The notes under the pieces: model-generated | Database searches by the model: none | What the model was told of the DNA's origin: nothing | Seen by the model: only the letters and a program-made list of their open reading frames with translations | Part shown: in pieces, positions 57,447 to 64,000 of the stretch | Numbering within the stretch: position 1 is the stretch's first letter | How the letters are laid out: every line of letters starts with the position of its first letter | Position numbers and translations under genes: made by a program | Source of the DNA: an uncultured Pelagibacteraceae bacterium | Lineage (GTDB): Bacteria; Pseudomonadota; Alphaproteobacteria; Pelagibacterales; Pelagibacteraceae | DNA length: 64,000 nt | Assembly: GCA_902538745.1 (NCBI GenBank) | Contig: CACBGP010000002.1 | Span: forward strand, 15,196-79,195 | Direction: 5' to 3'

Positions 57447-57881
57447 ATGAATACTTATTTGCTCTTTAAATCTTTACATTTAATAGCAGTTATTTCTTGG
57501 ATGGCTGGACTTTTATATCTTCCGAGAATTTTTGTTTATCATTCAGAAAATAACGATAAACCACTAGTAACAGAAATATTTAAAGTTATGGAAAAAAAAC
57601 TTTTTTTTTACATTATGAGCCCAGCAATGGTGCTCTCTTGGATATTTGGTTTAATACTGATACATGAAATAGGTTTTCAGCAATTAGGCCAAAAGTGGAT
57701 GATTTTAAAACTTATTTTTGTGATCTCCCTAACCTTGTATCATTTTTATCTGGGAAGAGTTTTAGGACAATTTAAGCTAGATAAGAATAAACGCTCTTCT
57801 AAATATTATCGATTTATTAATGAAATTCCCACATTATTGCTTATTTTGATCATTTTTATTGTTATTTTCAAACCTATCTAG
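57447..57881 (+). CDS. hemJ: Protoporphyrinogen oxidase HemJ
   Basis: HLIAVISWMAGLLYLPRIFVYH and R.INEIPT. Confidence 0.95.
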   Translation: MNTYLLFKSLHLIAVISWMAGLLYLPRIFVYHSENNDKPLVTEIFKVMEKKLFFYIMSPAMVLSWIFGLILIHEIGFQQLGQKWMILKLIFVISLTLYHFYLGRVLGQFKLDKNKRSSKYYRFINEIPTLLLILIIFIVIFKPI

Positions 57882-57945
57882 GGTTGAAAAATTTAAATTA
57901 GCATATATATTCTTAATCGTTATTAAGTCCTTAATAATTTAATCC

Positions 57946-59214
57946 ATGAACATACAAGAACTCAAACTTAAATCGTCAGAACAGCTTATAACTCAAGCTG
58001 AAGAATTAGGTATAGAAAACGCCAGCACACTAAGGAAGCAAGAAATATTATTTGCGATTTTGAAAAAAGTTGCAGAGAAAGAAGAAATCACTGGGGCTGG
58101 AGTTCTTCAATTACTGCAAGATGGCTTTGGTTTTTTGAGAGCAATGGAATCTAACTACCTTCCGGGACCTGATGATATTTATGTAAGCCCGAGTCAGATC
58201 AGAAAATTTGGATTAAGGACTGGAGATACTGTAGAAGGACCAGTGAGAGCACCAAAAGAAGGTGAAAGATATTTCGCTTTACTTCAAGTCAGTAAGATTA
58301 ATTTTGAGGAGCCTGAGAAATCTAGACATAAAATTGCATTTGATAACTTAACCCCACTATATCCTGACAAACAATTAATTATGGAAGTAGAGGCTACAAA
58401 GCCAGATAAGAAACAAGATTTAACGCCCAGACTAATTGATTTGGTAAGCCCTATTGGAAAAGGTCAAAGATCAATAATTATTTCACCCCCAAAAGCTGGA
58501 AAAACAATGATTTTACAAAGCATAGCTAATTCAATCGCTAAAAATTATCCTGAATGTTATTTGATTGTTCTATTAATTGACGAAAGACCTGAGGAAGTTA
58601 CTGATATGCAAAGAACTGTTAAAGGAGAAGTTATTAGCTCAACTTTTGATGAGCCTGCGCAGCGTCATGTTGCGGTTGCAGAGATGGTTATTGAAAAAGC
58701 AAAAAGATTAACAGAACATAAAAAAGATGTAGTCATACTATTAGACTCAATAACAAGATTAGGAAGAGCATATAATGCGGTTATACCAAGCTCAGGAAAA
58801 GTATTAACAGGAGGTGTAGATGCCAATGCACTTCAGAGACCAAAAAGATTTTTTGGTGCCGCTAGAAATATCGAAGAGGGAGGATCTTTAACTATTATAT
58901 CTACCGCTTTAATTGACACTGGGAGCAGAATGGACGAGGTAATTTTTGAGGAATTTAAAGGCACTGGTAACAGTGAAACAGTACTGGATAGGAAGATTGC
59001 GGATAAAAGAATATACCCAGCAATAGATATTACTAAGTCAGGAACAAGAAGAGAAGAACTGCTTTTCGAAAAAAACGATTTACAGAAAATGAATGTTTTA
59101 AGAAGAATAATAGCTCCAATGGGAACAATGGACGCTATAGAGTTCATAAGCTCAAAACTAAAAGATACAAAAAATAATTCTGAATTTTTTAATTCAATGA
59201 ACAAACCTTCGTAA
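57946..59214 (+). CDS. rho: Transcription termination factor Rho
   Basis: [23 protein letters not shown] and FFGAARN. Confidence 0.98.
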   Translation: MNIQELKLKSSEQLITQAEELGIENASTLRKQEILFAILKKVAEKEEITGAGVLQLLQDGFGFLRAMESNYLPGPDDIYVSPSQIRKFGLRTGDTVEGPVRAPKEGERYFALLQVSKINFEEPEKSRHKIAFDNLTPLYPDKQLIMEVEATKPDKKQDLTPRLIDLVSPIGKGQRSIIISPPKAGKTMILQSIANSIAKNYPECYLIVLLIDERPEEVTDMQRTVKGEVISSTFDEPAQRHVAVAEMVIEKAKRLTEHKKDVVILLDSITRLGRAYNAVIPSSGKVLTGGVDANALQRPKRFFGAARNIEEGGSLTIISTALIDTGSRMDEVIFEEFKGTGNSETVLDRKIADKRIYPAIDITKSGTRREELLFEKNDLQKMNVLRRIIAPMGTMDAIEFISSKLKDTKNNSEFFNSMNKPS

Positions 59215-59313
59215 TTCAAGATTAAATACGTCAAAAATCAACAAATATAAAAAAGATCTATTTTTCTTTTGAAAAAATAATAATGTTACAAATTAGAATA
59301 TATATTGAACATT

Positions 59314-61005
59314 ATGATTGAGGAGAAAATCAATTTTTTAGAATTATTAAAAGAAAAAAGATATTCTTTAATTGTATCAATAATTGAAAATAAAATTAGC
59401 GAAAAAGATAAAACACCAGGATTATTGAATCTTTGTGGCGTTGCAAGAATGTTGTCGGAAAAATCTAATGACGTTATAAGGCTTGCTATTAAAGATTTTA
59501 AGAATTCGTGTTTAAAGGAGACCGTCACAGAAAAATTGCTTGATCCTTTAAAAAATTTAATTAATGCTTCTGTAATCCTTTTTGATAATGAATTTAGACA
59601 AAATGAAAATGAATTAGAAAAAAATCTTTTTGATGATATTTATTTTTTTTACAATAAGAATAAATCTTTTTTCGAAAAAAATTCAGATTTAATGCATAAT
59701 TTTTCAAAAGTCCTTGCGCGTACATCTGATCCAGGAACAGTCGCCAAGCATCACAAAAAAGTTTTTGAATTAGATTCAAATACTGATGCTTTTATATCGT
59801 CGATTTTTTGGCGAAATTACAATTATGGATGGGGTCAAGAGGAATATTTCAATAATTTAAAAAAGATCAATGATTTAGTTCCTCTTTATAATAAAGATGA
59901 ATTAGAACAAATCATAAATGTTAAAAACGAAAAACTAAATATTGCATTTATATCGTCCGATATTAGGGGAAAACACTCTATAGTATATTTTTTAAAATCT
60001 GTAATTAATTTTTACGATAAAAAAAAATACAATATTTTTATATATAATAATTATAATAGCTTCCCCCAAGAAAATAAGACGATTAAAGAATTTGAAAACA
60101 AAGTTTCTAAGATATTAGATATCAAAACTCTTAAAGATACTGAAGTTATTAATAGAATTAGAAAAGATAAAATTGATATAATCATTGATCTAAACGGACT
60201 TTCATCTGATCATAGGCTTTCTCTGTTTAAAAATCGTGTAGCTCCTGTTCAAGTATCTTGGTGTGGGTACGTCAATACTACTGGTTTAAATGAAATGGAT
60301 TATTTAATTGCCGATAAAAATTTAATTAAACCCCAAGAGGAAAAATATTACACAGAAAAGATAATTTACCTAAAAGATATTTGGAATTGTCATTGTGGTT
60401 ATGATGGTGCGAGAGAATTTAATTTAATGCCATTCGCTAAAAAGAAATTTATTACGTTTGGATCTTTTAATAATTTTAGAAAAATAAACGATGATGTTAT
60501 AGAAGTTTGGTCAATGATATTAAAAAAAGTTAAAAATTCAAAATTGATGCTAAAAACTTCATTTCCTATCTTGACTGAAAGATTTAAAAAAAGATTTGAT
60601 GAATATGGTGTGCTAAACTCAGTAACAATTTTGCCATTCAAAAAGAAGTTTGCTAATCATTTAGAGATTTATAAAGATATTGATATAGCTTTAGATACTT
60701 TTCCTTATAATGGTGTAACAACCTCATTTGAAGCAATTTGGATGGGTGTTCCAGTAGTTACTATGAAAGGTTACAATTTAAATTCTAGATGTGGTGAGTC
60801 TATCAATAAAAATGCGAAACTTTCTTCACTAATTGCGGAGGATAAAGAGGATTATGTAAAAAAAGCTGTGTCCTTAGCTCAAAATGAAAAAGAATTACTT
60901 ACAATAAGAAAAAATCTTTTTGAAAATGTAATTGAGACACCTTTATTTGATGGAAAAAAATTTTGTGATAGTTTTTTTTCTAGCCTTGAAAAGATTTATA
61001 ATTAA
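59314..61005 (+). CDS. GT41 (O-GlcNAc transferase/SPINDLY-like) glycosyltransferase with reduced TPR region
   Basis: IAFISSDIR.HS, IDIIIDLNG, APVQVSW.GY..TTG, FGSFNN..K and DTFPYNG.TT..EA.WMGVPV. Start taken as ATG 59314; the ORF track has TTG 59305. Confidence 0.87.
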   Translation: MIEEKINFLELLKEKRYSLIVSIIENKISEKDKTPGLLNLCGVARMLSEKSNDVIRLAIKDFKNSCLKETVTEKLLDPLKNLINASVILFDNEFRQNENELEKNLFDDIYFFYNKNKSFFEKNSDLMHNFSKVLARTSDPGTVAKHHKKVFELDSNTDAFISSIFWRNYNYGWGQEEYFNNLKKINDLVPLYNKDELEQIINVKNEKLNIAFISSDIRGKHSIVYFLKSVINFYDKKKYNIFIYNNYNSFPQENKTIKEFENKVSKILDIKTLKDTEVINRIRKDKIDIIIDLNGLSSDHRLSLFKNRVAPVQVSWCGYVNTTGLNEMDYLIADKNLIKPQEEKYYTEKIIYLKDIWNCHCGYDGAREFNLMPFAKKKFITFGSFNNFRKINDDVIEVWSMILKKVKNSKLMLKTSFPILTERFKKRFDEYGVLNSVTILPFKKKFANHLEIYKDIDIALDTFPYNGVTTSFEAIWMGVPVVTMKGYNLNSRCGESINKNAKLSSLIAEDKEDYVKKAVSLAQNEKELLTIRKNLFENVIETPLFDGKKFCDSFFSSLEKIYN

Positions 61006-61017
61006 ATAATTTTATCT

Positions 61018-62349
61018 ATGACTATTTATGCACTATCTACTGGTCCTGGCGTATCCGGCGTCGCTATAATAAGAGTTTCTGGTCAAAATACATCTGAAGT
61101 AATTAAAACTTTAACTCGAAGTCAACTTCCTAAAGCAAGAGTTGCAACACTTCGAAAAATTCAGAATATTGATAGTTTAGAATTAATCGATGAAGGTCTA
61201 ATATTGTGGTTTCCTGGGCCGCATAGCTACACAGGTGAAGATATGGCTGAGATTCATATCCATGGGGGTAAAGCTGTAATTTTGGCTGTTCAAAATGAGA
61301 TAGCTAAAATTGAGAGTTGTAGACTCGCCGAACCTGGTGAATTTACAAAGCTAGCTTTTCAAAATGGCAAGATTAATTTGTTAAAAGCTGAGAGTATAGC
61401 TGATCTTATTTCTGCCGAAACCGAAATTCAAAGATCGCAAGCTATAAAAATAATGAGAGGAAATTCGTCAGATAAGTTTAATGAAATTAGAGAAAAACTA
61501 CTTAAACTTTTGTCATACGTTGAGGCAAAGATAGATTTTCCTGACGAAGACCTTCCTGAAGAAAATTTAGAAAAAATTAAAAATGACTCTTTAGATGTGA
61601 TTAATGAAATTGAAAAAATTTTAAATGATCAAAAAATTGGAGAAATAATTCGTGAGGGTTTTAAGATTGCTATCGTGGGGCCAACTAATGCTGGAAAATC
61701 GAGTTTATTAAATAACTTGTCAAATAGGGAAGTTGCTATAGTTTCTGAAATTGCAGGAACTACGCGAGATGTTGTTGAAACTCATTTAAATATAGATGGT
61801 TATCCAGTTATTATTTCAGATACGGCAGGAATAAGAGTCTCAAAAGATGAAATAGAAAAAAAGGGGATAAAATTATCTCTTAAAAGGGCTGAAAATGCTG
61901 ATCTAAAATTAGTAGTGGTTGATGCCAAAAGTATCGATTTAAGCCCTTTTTTGAAGGATTTGCTTAAAGGAAATGCTATTTTAGTTGTTAATAAGTCAGA
62001 TCTTGTCAAAAATAAGTTAGATATTGATGTTTCAAAATTTGATCACGTATTAATTTCATTAAAAGAGAATTTAAATATAGATAAATTAATTTCAAAAATA
62101 AAAAATAATCTAAAAAAAAGATTTATTTCTGAAGATGACATTCTTATTACGAGAGAGAGACATAGACAACATTTGGTACAATGTGTAGAGAATTTAAAAA
62201 ATTTTTTAAATAAAAATGATAATAAAGATTTTGATAAGGCCGCCGAAGATCTTAGATTGGCGATCAGACATTTAGGCATGATTGTTGGAAAAGTTGATGT
62301 GGAAGAAATCTTAGGTAGTATTTTTAATGATTTTTGTATTGGTAAATAA
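61018..62349 (+). CDS. mnmE: tRNA modification GTPase MnmE
   Basis: SYTGED, GPTNAGKSS, GTTRD, DTAG, NKSD and terminal FCIGK. Confidence 0.97.
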   Translation: MTIYALSTGPGVSGVAIIRVSGQNTSEVIKTLTRSQLPKARVATLRKIQNIDSLELIDEGLILWFPGPHSYTGEDMAEIHIHGGKAVILAVQNEIAKIESCRLAEPGEFTKLAFQNGKINLLKAESIADLISAETEIQRSQAIKIMRGNSSDKFNEIREKLLKLLSYVEAKIDFPDEDLPEENLEKIKNDSLDVINEIEKILNDQKIGEIIREGFKIAIVGPTNAGKSSLLNNLSNREVAIVSEIAGTTRDVVETHLNIDGYPVIISDTAGIRVSKDEIEKKGIKLSLKRAENADLKLVVVDAKSIDLSPFLKDLLKGNAILVVNKSDLVKNKLDIDVSKFDHVLISLKENLNIDKLISKIKNNLKKRFISEDDILITRERHRQHLVQCVENLKNFLNKNDNKDFDKAAEDLRLAIRHLGMIVGKVDVEEILGSIFNDFCIGK

Positions 62350-62457
62350 TCTAAATCCTTATATTTTACCTTATTTTTTTCTTCTTTGATTACCAATCTC
62401 TTTAAAAAAAAATAACACAGATCTTGTAAATAATTTAAACGAATATAAGTTTACATT

Positions 62458-64000
62458 ATGAAAAAAGATTTATTCTTTGATGTGGTAGTTATTGGTGGTG
62501 GTCATGCGGGATGTGAAGCTGCAGCAGCTTCAGCCCGGCTTGGAATTAGCACTGCTCTATTTACACATAATAAAGATACCATAGGAGAAATGTCTTGTAA
62601 CCCTGCTATTGGTGGCTTAGGAAAAGGCCATCTTGTTAGGGAAATTGATGCTCTTGATGGGGTTATGGGTGAGGTAGCAGATAAGTCTGGAATACAATTT
62701 AGATTACTAAATAGAAGTAGAGGACCAGCCGTCAGAGGACCTAGAACACAGTCTGATAGATCATTATACCGTAAATTTATGCAAGAAAAACTTGTAAACT
62801 ATTGTAATTTAAGCATTTTTTCAGATCCAGTGATAAGTTTTATTTTTTCAAATAATGCAATAAGTGGATTTATAACACTAAAAGGTAACAATGTTAAATG
62901 TAACAAGTTAATCCTAACAACAGGAACATTTTTAAATGGTTTGATACATATTGGTGATCAGAGAACTCCGGCAGGAAGGTTTAACGAAAAACCGAGTACA
63001 GGTTTAAGTGAAGAGTTAAAAAAATACAATTTTAAAATTGGAAGACTGAAGACAGGGACACCTCCTCGACTAGATTCAAGGACAATTAATTTTGATAATT
63101 TAGAAAAACAATTTGCCGATAATGATCCTTACTTTTTTTCTTTTCTAACAAAAAAAATTTTTAATAAGCAGGTATCGTGTTCTATGACATACACTAATGA
63201 AAAGGTGCATAGGATTATTAAAAAGAATTTATCTAAGAGCGCGATGTATTCTGGGAGTATTCAAGGTGTTGGTCCACGATATTGTCCCTCAATAGAGGAT
63301 AAAGTTGTAAAATTCGCAGATAAGACTAGGCATCAAATTTTTTTGGAGCCAGAGGGCCTTAATGATTATACAATTTACCCTAATGGTATATCCAATTCTC
63401 TACCTGAGGTAGTACAACAAGAAATACTCAATAATATCAATGGTTTAGAAAATGTTAAATTTATTAGGCCTGGTTATGCTATAGAATATGATTATATTGA
63501 TCCTAGAGAACTTTTTTTAACATTAGAGACAAAGAAAATTAAAAATTTATATCTTGCTGGCCAAATCAATGGAACTACTGGATATGAGGAAGCAGCAGCA
63601 CAAGGTCTTATAGCTGGTGTAAATGCTGCTCTCTCACTTAAAAATATGGAGCCATTTATCTTAGATAGGTCTGACGCATACATTGGAGTAATGATCGATG
63701 ATTTAGTAACAAAAGGAGTGGCTGAGCCCTATAGGATGTTTACGTCTCGTGCTGAGTACCGATTAAGTTTAAGATCTGATAATGCTGATTTGAGACTTAC
63801 AAATAAAGGTATTAAAATTGGATTAATTTCAGATCTTAGAAAAGATCAATTTGAGGATAAATTTAAAAAGCTTAGTAAAATATCCCTGCAGATGTCTACA
63901 CTGCAAATTTCACCCTCGAAAGCAGGTAAATTTAATATCAAAATTGCAAAAGATGGCATTTTTAGATCCGCAGATGAAATTTTAACTCAAAAAGGGGTTA
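62458..64000 (+). CDS. mnmG: tRNA modification enzyme MnmG (GidA), 5' part; runs off the window
   Basis: Not in the ORF track. ATG 62458 gives [22 protein letters not shown]; later [30 protein letters not shown] and [16 protein letters not shown]. Confidence 0.96.
   Translation, partial: MKKDLFFDVVVIGGGHAGCEAAAASARLGISTALFTHNKDTIGEMSCNPAIGGLGKGHLVREIDALDGVMGEVADKSGIQFRLLNRSRGPAVRGPRTQSDRSLYRKFMQEKLVNYCNLSIFSDPVISFIFSNNAISGFITLKGNNVKCNKLILTTGTFLNGLIHIGDQRTPAGRFNEKPSTGLSEELKKYNFKIGRLKTGTPPRLDSRTINFDNLEKQFADNDPYFFSFLTKKIFNKQVSCSMTYTNEKVHRIIKKNLSKSAMYSGSIQGVGPRYCPSIEDKVVKFADKTRHQIFLEPEGLNDYTIYPNGISNSLPEVVQQEILNNINGLENVKFIRPGYAIEYDYIDPRELFLTLETKKIKNLYLAGQINGTTGYEEAAAQGLIAGVNAALSLKNMEPFILDRSDAYIGVMIDDLVTKGVAEPYRMFTSRAEYRLSLRSDNADLRLTNKGIKIGLISDLRKDQFEDKFKKLSKISLQMSTLQISPSKAGKFNIKIAKDGIFRSADEILTQKGV

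Noticed and set aside
3873-63683. Many short ORFs (60-133 aa) in the track that overlap larger genes, e.g. 3873-4091, 9523-9810, 21538-21807, 47137-47430, 58833-59234, 62043-62396 and 63492-63683
   Set aside because: They lie antisense to, or inside, well-supported genes and have no recognisable motifs; treated as shadow ORFs.
1-64000. CRISPR arrays, IS elements, prophage genes, defence systems, rRNA and parS sites
   Set aside because: No regularly spaced repeats, transposase, integrase or phage motifs, or parS-like palindrome were noticed on reading; this was not a computational scan.

Overview
Very AT-rich, gene-dense chromosomal window. Gene content, gene order and the tiny intergenic spaces point to a streamlined marine alphaproteobacterium, most likely SAR11/Pelagibacterales; this is inferred, not searched. 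Most of it is core housekeeping: ccmCDEFGH, argG, folD, hemCD, tsaD-EVE-acs, an ActP-like symporter, rpe-purH, tRNA-Gly(GCC), ftsK-lolA, hisBHAFE, hslVU, tim44/fxsA/secB, dnaQ-coaE-aroE-maf-PSRP, the probable oriC, and hemE-hemH-hemJ-rho-mnmE-mnmG (partial). The accessory part is an island of about 10 kb (about 11.1-21.5 kb) that looks like a light/UV-stress module. It holds two unusual photolyases (one with inverted domain order, one FeS-BCP type lacking the Fe-S ligands). The second heads a translationally coupled operon with an unannotated DUF2256 gene, a DUF4174 fusion and a secreted CRTAC1-like beta-propeller. The island also has a Cys-rich exported protein, a fasciclin, a 3-TM membrane protein and an SDR lacking the catalytic Tyr. 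Other points of interest are a candidate small RNA hairpin with an anti-Shine-Dalgarno loop upstream of ccmC, three sulfotransferases and a GT41 glycosyltransferase inserted among core genes, a strongly basic N-terminal tail on Acs, and DnaA boxes with DnaA-trio-like repeats at oriC. No CRISPR array, IS element, integrase or rRNA was seen. All family calls come from motif recognition by eye.
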